Shown here piece by piece: positions 1 through 11,699 of a stretch of DNA of 64,000 bases. The translations under genes were made by a program, and so were the position numbers. The notes beneath the pieces are model-generated. The model was not told where the DNA came from and searched no databases. It saw only the letters and a list, made by a program, of their open reading frames with translations. The number at the start of each line of letters is the position of its first letter. Positions within the stretch are counted from its first letter, which is position 1. The DNA is taken from NCBI GenBank assembly GCA_010093705.1, contig MU006095.1, positions 310,001 to 374,000 on the forward strand. The letters run 5' to 3'. The DNA comes from Patellaria atrata CBS 101060 (Eukaryota).

Positions 1-9
1 CACGTGACT

Positions 10-156
10 TGGACGTTTGGACGCGTTGGTCGTATGGTCGCAAGTGGAACGACCGAACGACTAGGACGACTAAGCGACTAGGAGAATGGACGTTTAAACG
101 CGTTAGTCGTACGGTCGTAAGTAAAACGACCGAACGACTAAAACGACCAAACGACC
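10..156 (+). repeat. Tandem ~77-bp duplication rich in GGACG/CGACC/CGACT motifs (left subterminal region of the foldback)
   Basis: TGGACGTTTGGACGCGTTGGTCGTATGGTCGCAAGTGGAACGACCGAACGACTAGGACGAC at 10 recurs at 87 as TGGACGTTTAAACGCGTTAGTCGTACGGTCGTAAGTAAAACGACCGAACGACTAAAACGAC, differing mainly by G-to-A changes. Confidence 0.85.
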
Positions 157-890
157 ACCAAGTTAAACTATAGAGAAAGAAGAATATTTAAGGACGGTCT
201 TTCCCTTATATATCTAGATTCTTCGTAGTTACTCTTACCATTAATCTTACCCATAGATTTGGATGTTACGGTTTTAAACTTGACTTCACTTGTCACGCTG
301 TTTCTATACAGTACGTCTTGTCTCATTATAAGCATTACCCGAAGTTAAGGAGTTAGCAAGTTATATCGTCAACTTGAAGTGCCTTTGTTATACGTATCCT
401 ATCACTTTGCCAAACCTACCCTAGTGGTTAACCACGTTAAGTGAGAAGCTAGGCGCGTTTCTAGACTTATCCTATTCTATCTCGATAAGTTGTTACAACG
501 GGAGTCTATACTTATCGAGACGGAACAGGATAAACCTAGAAACGCGCCTGGCTTCTCACTTAACGTGGTCAACCACTAGGGTAGGTTTGGCAAAGTGATA
601 GGATACGTATAACAAAGGCACTTCAAGTTGACGATTCAACTTGCTGACTCCTTGACTTCAGGTAATGCTCACAATGAGACAAGACGTACTGTATGGAAAC
701 AGCGTAACAAGTGAAGTTAAGTTCAAAACCGTAACATCCAAATCTATGGGTAAGATTGATGTAAGAATAACCACGAAGAATCTAAATACATGAGGGAAAG
801 ACCGTCCTTAAATATTTCTATCCTCCATAGTTCAATTTAGTCGTTTCGTACTTTTGGACGTGGTGGACGTTCTGGACGTAACATCCTTTT

Positions 891-925
891 TGCGTCCACT
901 GCGTCCGCTGCGTCCGCTGCGTCCA
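891..925 (+). repeat. 9-bp tandem repeat (TGCGTCCRC)x~4, right subterminal region of the foldback
   Basis: tgcgtccac tgcgtccgc tgcgtccgc tgcgtcca read directly. CGTCC is the complement of the GGACG motif at the left end. Confidence 0.85.
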
Positions 926-1029
926 CATCACGTGACCCTGACACTGCTATTTTTCCGTAGTTGTGCCGTGTGGTCCTCCTCTCTCCCCCACTTGCCAACT
1001 ACATGCTTCCTACGATCTGTGGCCGTAAC

Positions 1030-1290
1030 ACTTAACTATAGAGTAGCTATTATAGATATTTATACTCCCTAGCATAATATATTCAGTTACACCTAACCTA
1101 TTAGTATAAAGTGCTTAGTAACCGTTATAAGTAAAATAAAAATTTCTTATAATATATTATTAAAATTTTTAAAATGGATTAAATTCAATTATAAATTATT
1201 ATTAATAATAATTAGCAAAATTTTGAAGGTAAAAGAAAAATAATTGAAAATACTTTTTAAATATATTTTTAGTAACTTTAACGTACATAG
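1030..1290. other. Very AT-rich, TpA-rich tract, probably a RIP-degraded repeat remnant
   Basis: Nearly all A/T with many TA dinucleotides (ttataatatattattaaaatttttaaaatggattaaattcaattataaattattattaataataatt), next to the foldback element. Confidence 0.5.
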
Positions 1291-1618
1291 TAAAGTCATA
1301 TATTTAGTTTCAGCAATACGCCGAACTTTTAGCACCGCGCTACTCCGGGTGGCTTGTCATCACCGGGTGGAGCTCCACAGTGGAAGTGAAGCTTCTTTGA
1401 CCGACTATCAGCTACATCACGTTTTGTACATTTCTGTCTTATGTATCACTGAATCACACCAACACTCGAGGTCACACAAATATTGCCCACTCACTCTACC
1501 TACAAACGATCTCATCACCTTCACCTTCGCCCTACAAACTACAACCCAACACCTCGAACTGCAACATGGATTCTAACCTAATATCTTAATAAGGTGAGTA
1601 TCAAGATCCGAAGCTAAC

Positions 1619-4600
1619 ATGGCACCCTCAATGTCAAAACAGAAAGGCCCGCAACCTAAATTAAGCCCGTTGGAAACTGATGGAGAAGCTTCCGCCGTAA
1701 TCACCTACTCACGCCCTCCATCCGCCGGTACTACCCTGCGACCTCAATCTGCGGTGAAGGGTGAAGTTCTGCCTGACAGGACGAGGCCAAACACTTCGAC
1801 CTCGAGACCGGAGGGACGTCCGCAACTATCACGCGCAAAAACAGACGTAGGACCTCGTCGCGAGGACGTAAAGCAAGATGCGGAAGAGGAAGTCAAACAG
1901 AATGGCGACGACGAGTGGAAGATTCGTCATGGGTTTGAGAATCAGCTCTTATCGGAAGAGTACAATAATCTGTTGAATTCCGTAAGTCATTGGCAATCTG
2001 TTAGAGTCAGAGGAGATCCCTGCGCTGACTTTTACATATGCCAGACATTTTACATGTATTTCACAGAGAACACTCACGAAACTGGCGGTAGGCCGAAGGA
2101 TGAGAAGGATCAATATCCCTTACAAGAATGGCGGATGCGCGATCGACTAAAGACTGTATCTGCAGTTCTAGCATTATGCTTGAATATTGGAGTAGATCCT
2201 CCGGACGTTATCAAGACCAGCCCGTGTGCGAAGGTGGAATGCTGGATTGAACCCAATGCTACCAGTACACAGTCAGGCCAGAACATGATTAACCAAATCG
2301 GAAAAGCCTTACAAGGTCAGTACGAACAATTGAGCATGAGGACTCGATATAAGCAATGTCTGGATCCTACCGTAGAAGAGACTCGAAGATACTGCTCCAC
2401 ATTGCGCAAAAACGCTAGGAACGAACGAGTTCTGTTTCATTATAATGGACATGGTGTCCCTCGACCTACTCCGTCGGGGGAGATCTGGGTCTTCAACAAG
2501 AATTATACACAATATATCCCCATTTCCTTGTACGATCTTCAGAATTGGCTCACGGCTCCAAGTCTATTCGTATATGACTGTTCAGATGCCGGGTTGATTA
2601 TCCAGAACTTTAACAAGTTTGCCGAGAAGCACCAACAGGAGTATCTGGAAGCAAGAAGGACGAATCCCCAGGCAGAAGTACCGGATTTTAGTGATTGCAT
2701 TCATCTTGCAGCCTGTGCGGAGAAGGAATCATTACCTACTAATCCGAATCTACCGGCTGACGTTTTCACCTCATGCTTGACAACTCCAATCGAAATGGCA
2801 GTTCGATTTTTCATCTTACAGAATCCCCTACCGAGCAATATAACTTTGAATGAGGCCAGCAACATCCCAGGTCGGGTTTCTGAGCGTCGCACACCCATTG
2901 GTGAACTGAATTGGATATTTACCGCCATAACTGACACCATTGCGTGGAATTCACTGTCAAAACCTTTGTTCAAGAAACTGTTCCGTCAAGATCTGATGGT
3001 TGCTGCTCTCTTCCGAAATTTCCTCCTCGCACAGCGAGTAATGAGGGTCTATCATTGCACACCGCAGTGCTACCCTGTAATACCACAAACGTACAATCAC
3101 CCTCTATGGAAGAGTTGGGATCTAGCTGTCGAGATGATCTTGGCTCAGTTACCTGATTTATTGGCCGCCGAAAGAGGAGACAAGCCCTACGAATACCAGC
3201 ATTCCGACTTTTTCGCCGAACAACTGACGGCATTCGAGGTCTACCTGAGTCAAAGTGCCGCCGAACAAAAGGCACCTGAGCAACTTCCAATTGTGCTACA
3301 AGTTCTTCTCAGTCAAGTTCATCGATTAAGAGCTCTTATCCTGCTTAGCAGATTCCTAGACCTGGGACCCTGGGCTGTCAACTTGGCTTTAAGTATTGGG
3401 ATTTTTCCTTATGTACTCAAGCTTCTGCAGTCTCAAGCTATCGAGTTGAAACCGGTGATGGTCTTCATCTGGGCTCGCATATTGGCAGTGGACCAATCTT
3501 GCCAGAGTGATCTTCTGAAAGATAATGGATATCAATATTTCATTAATATCTTACACCCTTCGACAAACATACCTATTGGTAACGCGAGTGAGCATAGAGC
3601 CATGTGTGCTTTCATAGTTGCAATGTTTTGCCGCGACTTCAAGCAAGGCAAGCATGTCGCTCTCAGCCAAGACCTGATTGAAAGTTGTCTTGCTAACTTG
3701 GACGACCAACTAAATCCGCTGTTACGTCAATGGTCATGTCTTTGTATAAGTTTACTTTGGCATGATTTCCCAGAGGCCAAATGGCTCGGCATTAGATGTG
3801 GAGCGCATCAACGTTTATGTGACTTGGTTCTTGATCCTGTCCCGGAGGTCAGAACGGCCATGTTACATTCTTTAACAAGTTTCTTGGGAATTCCCGATCT
3901 TACGGCACAAGTTGCTCAAGTCGAGGAATCAATAGCATCGATGGTGCTCATTATGACAACAGACGGAAACACTATGGTACGCAAGGAGCTTTTAGTTTTC
4001 TTTTCCACGTTTATTGAACGACATCGGAATAAGTTCACAGTCGCAGCATATGAACAGCTTGTTGAAGAGCAGGAATCATTGTATACGCAAGATGACCAGT
4101 ATGATGGAGTCAACGAGAAAGGAAAAGGACGAAGCTCTCTACCTACTAGAGACAGTCAGCGAGACTTTCTATCCCATAACACTGTATTTGCGGCTATTTG
4201 GAAGGAGATCCTCATTATGTCAGTAGACCCACATCCTGAGATAGCAGAAAACGCTTCAGGAGTTGTGGATTTTGTCTTTGCTGGACTTTTGGGTTCTCCA
4301 CTGGCGTCAATGGCTCTCCCTATGCTAGATGAAGTATTCCGAAATAATCGTCTTCGTTCCTCCACACGTCAATCAAGCTTGGATTCTCTTCCGAATCACA
4401 ATCAACTATCGCATCTGTCCCAGCCACCGACCCCGACGAAGCAGGATGGATATTTATCAGCAGGCTTCAAACGTACCGCCAGTGTTGCAGCATCTTTGAA
4501 GAACCTTGCCTTTGGTACCTCTACACCTTCCACACCCCAAGATGCCTCACAAGCGCTCAAAACCCCCTCGAAATCCGCACATCCAGACCGTCTCCCTGGG

Positions 4601-6061
4601 CAGCGTAGTACCGTACCGAATGAGTGGAACCGTCCTCTTGATGACCGAGACCAGCACAGCATGTCCGGCTCGTACCAACCCACCAGAACGCCCCTACCGC
4701 GCGGTTTCAAACGAAGTAACTCATTAGCAATACCCAAGATGCCGCTCAAAAGCCGCTTCTTTGAGTGGTCTACCGAATACTTCCGCGAACCCCAGATGAA
4801 ACCTCAAGAAGCCGAAGAGCCTGGCAGCACGGACTATAATGAGCGTCTATGGCGGAGAAATAGGAATGATCGGATAATCGCGAAGACGCAGCCGCAAAAG
4901 GAAATTGCGGGAAGCAACAAGTGGGATAAGCCACGCGGGTTCTTCAATAACGGAAGTCAGCCCATGAAAATGGTATTCCACCAATTCGAGAACCACCTCA
5001 TCGTCACCGACGACCGTGACATCGTCAGGTAAGTTCCCCGCCGTCCAGTTCCCCACCCACTCAATCACACACTAACCCCCCGCAGCGTCTGGGACTGGAA
5101 GCACCAATCCCGCCTCCACCGCTTTAGCGCCGGCAACCCCCCCGGTTCCCGCATAACAGAAGTCAAATTCATCAACGAAGACGACCAAGCGCTCCTCATG
5201 ACCGGCTCCTCCGACGGCGTCATAAAGCTCTTCCGCGACTACGAAACCCCTCCCCGCGCTTCCCTCGTCACCACTTTCCGCGCTCTCACCGATCTCGTTC
5301 CCTCGAACCGCAACGCCGGCCTCGTCTTCGACTGGCAGCAGGGCCGCGGCACCATTCTCGTGGCCGGCGACGTCAAAGTCATCAGAGTCTGGAACGCCGG
5401 TACGGAAATATGCACCGCGGATATCTCGGCGCGGTCCGGGTCGTGTATCACGTCTCTGACATCCGAGCAAGTCGAAGGCCACCTCTTCGTCGCTGGTTTT
5501 GGGGACGGCGCGATTAGGCTTTATGACCAACGGCTCAAGCCCATGCAAGCGATGGTGCGCGTGTGGAAGGAACACAGACAGTGGCTCACTAACATCCACC
5601 TTCAGCGCGGCGGGCAGCGCGAACTCGTGTCCGGCTGTCGCAGCGGGGAGGTGAAACTGTGGGATATACGACATCCGGCTAGTGTCGCGACTATTGACAC
5701 GAGTTCATCTATCTCCAACGCTACTAACACTTTCTCCAATCCGCCACCGATCCACTCAACCACCAATCCCCACCATACTACTAACCCCTCCAATTCGACG
5801 CTCAGAACTCTATCCGTCCACGAACACGCGCCCGTCTTCGCAACAGGGTCCAATAAGAGGACCGTCAAGGTGTGGAATACGAACGGCACTTTCCTCAGTA
5901 GTTTTGAGCCGTGGAGCGGGTTTTTGAGATCCCTGACCCCGGTTGCGGCGTCGGCCTTTCATCCGCATAGACTTATGGTTGCGGGCGCGGCGGTGGGGGA
6001 TGGGCATGTTAATGTTTTTGGGGTTAGGGATGGGAAGGGGAGGGGTGGGGAGGAGGTGTGA
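1619..6061 (+). CDS. KOG1: TORC1 subunit Raptor/Kog1 (RNC domain, ARM/HEAT repeats, C-terminal WD40). Exons ~1619-1981, 2045-5028, 5086-6061
   Basis: WRMRDRLKTVSAVLALCLNIGVDPPD, ERVLFHYNGHGVPRPT, LFRQDLMVAALFRNFLLA, PEQLPIVLQVLLSQVHRLRAL; WD40 part GLVFDWQQGRG, FVAGFGDGAIRLYD. Introns GTAAGT..CAG 1982-2044 and 5029-5085 give an in-frame join (IVS-VWDWK). Confidence 0.97.
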
Positions 6062-6403
6062 TTTGGTGAGGTTGGGAGGCGGAGAGGTTTAGTTTTCGTT
6101 GGGGGGAGGGGTTGGAGGAGGGTAATGGGAGGCGAGAAGGGATAATGCGAGATATGATGGGACGAGGTGCGAGGTTGAGGTTGAGGTTGAGGTTTTGGGT
6201 TTGCATTTCATCGTCGGTGGGTCTAGTCATTGATTTCACGGGACTATCATATCATAGCACGGCGCAGGAATATCTGTTCACGACATCACGATTCATCTCC
6301 GGCGCGGGTATCAGGTAATTTCAATCCGTTTATTGTAATTGTGCTCTAGGTATTGGGTATTAATGAGTTAAGCACCTAGATTCTACATTAAACTAGTTGA
6401 TGT

Positions 6404-8035
6404 CTACACTTCGGTCTTGATGCCGTCGACGCGTTCGGCGTCCCAGTTTTCCCGCCACTCGAGGAGGTCGCGCTGGCCGTAGAGGTCGGCTGCGACTGTG
6501 ATGATCATGTCGAGGGTTGCGAGGGTATTTGCGTCCGGGTATGCGTCGGGTTCTTCCGGCGTCGTTCCGGGGAATTGGTTTCTTATTGGCCCTTCGCGTG
6601 CGGGAGGGGGGATGTCTTCGTCTGAGTCTTGCTCCTTTTTCAGCTCGAGGTGCTGGGTAGACATGGCTGCTTCATCTGGGGTGGGCTGAATTGCAATTTC
6701 CGCGTCCAGTTGCGCGTGTATATCCGCCTTCTCATCATCCGGCTCTTCTTTCACCTCCGGGTCTGCGTCCTCATCCTCATCCTCATCCTCGTCTCCATCC
6801 CCTTCGCTGCCTCCCAACGCCATCGTTCCCTCCCTCAGATCTGAATTCAGTCCACACCTCACCCACACCGCTCTCTTGCCCAACTCGCGCACCACGTGCA
6901 CCTGCTCGTTCACCATGACCCCCGCTTCCGGCAACCTGGCCAGTAGTCCCCAGAGCCATCTACTCAAGCTCGGTGGGAGGTTCTTATCGCGTTTCATGCG
7001 GTTTTTGATCAGTGAGAGGATGCGAAGCGTGGTGTCGACGTCCATAGCAGCCAGTTGTGCCGGGACGGGAGAGACGGTGCGCAGGATGTGCACCCAGGCG
7101 GTGTGGGCGGGGTAGTGGTTTCGCGGCATGGTTATAGGTTGATTTTCAGTGAGGGCGGAGAGGGAGGCTGCGGAGGGGGTACTGTGGAGAGTTTGTCGGA
7201 GGCGCGAAAACATGGTGAAGAGACGGGTGTAGTAGGCTTCTTGGGGGTAGATGCGAGGGGGAACGGCGGGGTCGAAGTTGTAGTCGGAGGCCTCTTCGGG
7301 TAAAGAGGGATGGACGGGTCCAATGGTAACGGTGGGAGCGGCAACGTACGCACCGTCGGAGTAGTAGCCGCGAGCGTCACCGATGCCTGAGTTGTAGAGG
7401 TCGTCGTCTATGTCTGACGTCGTGGTGGGTGCTGCCTTGAGCACGCTTGGGACGGTAGCGGCTTCATCTCTGGTATGACTAAGTTAGCATTGGTTCCGAT
7501 ATGTGTGAAGAGTGTACATGGAGGATGGAGGATAGTGATGATTCGACGAGATTTGATGAGAAGGATAGCTATAGGATAACAACTGTATAGAAGTACTAAG
7601 TAAATGCAGTTCACTCCTCTCGGAAATGGAGACTCACCTCACAGCTCTCAAATATGTCATCGCATCGTCTTCCTCAGCCTCTCTTTCCTCATCGCTCCCA
7701 ACGTTTTCCAAAACTGGGATGAAGCCATATTGACCGTAATGTGTATTGAACTGTGCATTGAAGCGGGCGCCATGACGCTTATTTTTCCATTTCGGAGCTT
7801 CAGGGAAACCAGGAATATCTGCTTCAAGCGTTGATGCTGCATTGTCGACTCCAGGGTTTTCGTCAACACCAGTTTGAGGTTGTATTGCTTTGGGATGGTC
7901 ATTTGCAAAGCTCCCATAATTATCAGGTCGTTGTAATTTATTATATGGTGCACCGTCCTTCGTGACTGCGAGATTCACACCGAGAGTAGCATCCTCGGGA
8001 TCTAACTTCCTCTTCTTGTTCGACAAGGCATCCAT
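6404..8035 (-). CDS. Gemin2/SIP1 (Brr1-like) SMN-complex/snRNP assembly protein; two exons (8035-7638, 7469-6404)
   Basis: The splice join gives DAMTYLRAVRDEAATVPSVL, like the Gemin2 YLxxVRxEA motif. Later LSRWLWGLLARLP..VRELGKRA and LDMIITVAADLYGQRDL. Intron GTGAGT..GCTAAC..CAG. Confidence 0.65.
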
Positions 8036-8266
8036 AATCAAGGTTTGTTGTTTTGCGGGGAAAGGAGGAAGTCGAGGTAGGAGATTGAGGTGGTGAATGA
8101 ATTTCCCAGAGTGACGTTGTTAGCGTTAGGGTCCATAGGTGGGTGGCTCTATAAATTTATAACTACCTTAACTCCCGCTCACTCACATGTAAACACTTCA
8201 AACATTCAGTTTTCAAAACAAACCACCTCCATAGGATTACGACCATTGACTCGGATCCATTCGTTC

Positions 8267-9646
8267 ATGACATCCTATATTACAAACTTTGTCCGCAGCA
8301 TAAGCCGCGCAAGCAGCTACAGTTCCCTTCGAGAAGAGGAAGAAGATGTAGAATCGGAGGCAGATTATATCTATCTCCCCAATGAACTGGTACTCTCAAT
8401 CATATCCTACATTCCTAAGAGTCCGGCATCTCAGTCAACTCTCTACAACATCTGTCTCGTAAACCGTCAATGGTACCAAATCGCAATAGCCAGGCTCTAT
8501 GAGGATCCTTATATCACAGGCTCGAACTACGACCTACTTGTCCGAACACTGTGTCCGTCTATCAACGCGCATATACGAAAGTCTCCGTTGACTCGTCTGG
8601 TGAAGCGATTAGATCTGAGCCGTTTAGTACATCATAGCAGCAAGAGCACCACCGCCCGTCTGCTCGGCCGCACGAAACCGAGTCTTGAGGTATTCTGTGC
8701 ACCTCAAGCTAGCTTTGCCATCAACTGTCTTGCCGCACTTAGCAAATGCTCAAACTTGAGAATCTTGGATCTTTCACTAATCAGCGAGGCAATCAACATT
8801 GCAGACCTCTTCCATGCACTCTCAAAGCTTCCAGAGATCACAGACCTCAACTTTCCACGCTCCGCAAGCCTTGGCTGTAGTCTAGATCCATCAATGTTAC
8901 AATGGCCTCCAAAACTGACGCGCCTCGGATTCTCTGGCGGTATCAAAGATCGATTTCTTAACAAGCTGTCCAACGATCAGCAGACTAAACTTCCAACGAC
9001 GCTGAAGTCAGTGCGCATGGAATATTGTCCCTTCATAGCCCCATCCACTTTTATCCAATTTGTCAGAACTCTACGTTTCCAATTAGAAGAGCTATCAGTC
9101 GCCAACATGCCGCGCTTTTCTAACGGCACCTGCGATTACCTTCTTTATGTCTTGCAGAAGCTAACTCATCTCTCCGTCTCTATGGACTATATCACTAGCC
9201 TCATAGTTTCCCCAATCACAAGCGGTAAAGAACCCCTGCTTGTGCACCCGCTTGAGATTCTCACCATTAGTTATTCGGGCGGTACACTTGCCGATGATAC
9301 TTCAAGACTCAATCCCGGAGACATTAGAAAAAGCGTAGTCAAAGGATATCTGCCTAATCTCCGCACAGTCATTGTCGCTGAGCACCTTGGTTGGGACAGG
9401 ATGTACTCCGAACAACAAGGTTCGGATGAGCTGACTGATTTGGACGAGGTACTCTTCGAAAGGGAGGAGATACGACGCGGGCTTATAAAGGAAGGGGAAA
9501 AAATGGGGCAAGAAGAGAGACTAAAGTGGCGAGTAGAAGAAGAGGCGATGTGGCCTGATGTGTTACCCGTGGGATACCATGAGGTTGACGGGTACGTTTC
9601 TCGATTAAATTTGTCTCCTACCATAAGCTTGTGGATCGCTGGCTGA
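8267..9646 (+). CDS. F-box protein with LRR-like C-terminal region
   Basis: F-box YLPNELVLSIISYI..LYNICLVNRQWYQIAIARLY followed by LxxLxL repeats (VKRLDLSRL, LRILDLSLI, LEELSVANM, LTHLSVSMD). First ATG at 8267, divergent from the Gemin2-like gene. Confidence 0.85.
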   Translation: MTSYITNFVRSISRASSYSSLREEEEDVESEADYIYLPNELVLSIISYIPKSPASQSTLYNICLVNRQWYQIAIARLYEDPYITGSNYDLLVRTLCPSINAHIRKSPLTRLVKRLDLSRLVHHSSKSTTARLLGRTKPSLEVFCAPQASFAINCLAALSKCSNLRILDLSLISEAINIADLFHALSKLPEITDLNFPRSASLGCSLDPSMLQWPPKLTRLGFSGGIKDRFLNKLSNDQQTKLPTTLKSVRMEYCPFIAPSTFIQFVRTLRFQLEELSVANMPRFSNGTCDYLLYVLQKLTHLSVSMDYITSLIVSPITSGKEPLLVHPLEILTISYSGGTLADDTSRLNPGDIRKSVVKGYLPNLRTVIVAEHLGWDRMYSEQQGSDELTDLDEVLFEREEIRRGLIKEGEKMGQEERLKWRVEEEAMWPDVLPVGYHEVDGYVSRLNLSPTISLWIAG

Positions 9647-10249
9647 TGTATATTACAGAGACGCTGTGTATGAGCTCACCAGATATGTTCTGACCCCTTA
9701 GAGATGATTGTAATGATATCCAGACGTCAATGGGAAAGGTAGGTGCATTGAACACGAATGATGACTTAATGGTATGATGATGGAGCGCGGAAAAGCTAGA
9801 TGGGTACGGATTTGCTTAGGTTTGTACAATATGAACGACGACTCGAATTGTACAATAAAAGGAGAACTGAGGCTCCACTTATTGATACTGAATATTAAAC
9901 CGATCAGTGTCAAAAGCTGTCTGCCACTCCTTTTATGTGAATTTGCGTTGAGGTACATAAGGGTAGTAGAACTACCTTTGAGAGCAGTGACTATTTCTAG
10001 CCGCCCTAAAGTTCCACCCCTTAAACTGGAACTACCACTAGGACTGTAATTGTCAATATCAATATCTATTAAAAGTAGAAATTACCCCTATGTTCCGCGC
10101 GGTCACGTGAAGCGTTTTATAGCGCGAATATTACCGACGCGTTGCGACCAACAACATCAACCCGGAACTCCTCTAAACGTTACATTTCTAAACAACACCA
10201 CCTCACTCATTACTAAGGGAGCGAATACAAAACATAATCGGGCGACACC

Positions 10250-11220
10250 ATGGACGATACCAACCTCCCCTCAGACCTGGATGCCGAAATCTCTACCCTC
10301 CGCTCACAAAGTTCGTCTCCCCTCAAATAAAAACCCCACCACAACCCCCCTAACTCCCCCCTCCAGTCCAACACCTCAAAACTCGCCGCGCAGTCCTAAC
10401 AACCGCCCTCCTCTCCTCCCACCACACTCTCCACAGACTCGAACGCGCTGCATCCAATCCCCGTCTCCGGACCCACAAAACCCCCATTGAGTCCGCCCTC
10501 GCACTCACCCGCGCCCAACGCAAACATAACGAACAAACAACCCACCGCCTCTGCGCGGGCGCAACCGCTTTCGCCGTCCGGGACCCCGACCCCCGCGCCG
10601 CGGACGGCGGAAGGGTGCTCGGCGTGCGGATCGAGGTGCCGGTCCGGGATCAATTATTGCCGGCGTATTATGTGTTGCTGAAGCGAGAGGGCGACGGGGA
10701 CGGGGTGAGAGTGAGGATGCGGGTGTGTAAGCATACGGTGCCGGCGTGTGTGTCGGTGGAGGGGTTGGCGGCGAGGTATCTCCCAGGAGAGGGCAAGAGG
10801 CAGGATTTGGGGATGTTTGTGAAGAGGCTGAGGAGGGAGATTGTGGGGTGGCATTGCAGGATTATGGCTGTGGAGGGGTTGAGGGGGGAGGTTGGTTTGG
10901 AAAAGGGAGGGGATGTGCATACGGATGTTGGGGCGCTTGGGGGATGGGTGGCAGATGGGGATAGGGGGAGGGAAGCTGGGAATGGTGGGAAGGGGGGCAT
11001 TGTTGATGTTGGGGTTACGGATTTGAGTGTCCGCGAGCTGAGGATGGAGTGGGTAGATGGGACAAGGGCAAGGATTAGGATTTCTGCGCACGGGTGTGTG
11101 GAGAGAGTTGTTGTTAGTGTTGGAGAGGGTGGGGATCGGTCTACTGCCGGAGAGCTAAGACGCAGGATAGAGGGTGGGGACGGGAGGATCGAGGGGATTG
11201 TTAAGAGGATCTTGGCGTGA
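10250..11220 (+). CDS. Kinetochore protein CENP-O/Mcm21/Mal2 family; exons 10250-10310, 10367-11220
   Basis: Spliced product MDDTNLPSDLDAEISTLRSQIQHLKTRR..HRLCAGATAFAVRDPDP..RVLGVRIEV..YYVLL..RVCKHTVPACVSVEGLAARYLP..QDLGMFVKRLRREIVGWH matches fungal CENP-O motifs as recalled. Confidence 0.85.
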
Positions 11221-11699
11221 AGCGTTCAGTTTCGGATGGAGATCATATCTCGCAATATCAGGACTATATCTGATGAATGGTCCAAGCATAAGACCTACTG
11301 AACTCTTATACTCCTGTCATTCTCCGCTCATTCCTCAGATAAGTACTTGTTAGCCAATGTATCTATCACAGCCAATATTATTCGGTCACTTTACGATTAC
11401 CTTACGGGTGCTCTACAAAATCGTCTGAACCCACCGTATATAAGGACGACCAGAGAAAACAAACAACGCATATCTGAATGAACGGTTGTCTTTGATCTTG
11501 AAAATCCAACTAGATTCCGTATTCGAAGCTGTGGGATTAAGTTTATTATACCTACAAGCGTTTAGCAACCGACAAGCACAGTTGTAGAAAGGAAAGAAAT
11601 TGAAGGATATCATATGAGGTGAAAACATACTTATTACCGGAAAATCAAATAGGTCCTTATACATAAAATTTTGGTGGAAACGGTAATCATATAAATCCA

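Larger units (their letters stand above)
1..934. mobile_element. Non-autonomous foldback/MITE-like DNA element: long inverted arms, terminal inverted repeats and subterminal short repeats; RIP-mutated; left end may extend beyond the window
   Basis: Arms ~157-490 and ~510-841 are reverse complements (AATATTTAAGGACGGTCTTTCCC vs GGGAAAGACCGTCCTTAAATATT; CTCGATAAGT 481-490 vs ACTTATCGAG 510-519) around a 19-nt spacer. Ends CACGTGACTTGGACG (1-15) and CGTCCACATCACGTG (920-934) are inverted. No transposase ORF. Confidence 0.8.

Noticed and set aside
10..156. Short repeats at the window start as a CRISPR array or telomere
   Set aside because: Eukaryotic context, no constant repeat with unique spacers, and no TTAGGG units. 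They are explained as subterminal repeats of the foldback element.
854..1576. ORFs 854-1072 and 1244-1576
   Set aside because: Non-ATG starts. They translate the 9-bp repeat and AT-rich or promoter DNA and show no protein-like features.
1594..1642. Possible 49-nt intron (GTGAGT..GCTAAC..CAG) that would remove the KOG1 ATG
   Set aside because: The donor-to-branch distance is very short and no upstream in-frame ATG exists. It cannot be supported without transcripts.
10101..10110. GGTCACGTGA E-box upstream of CENP-O as a centromeric or Cbf1 regulatory site
   Set aside because: It is a single common motif with no supporting context, and filamentous ascomycetes do not have point centromeres.
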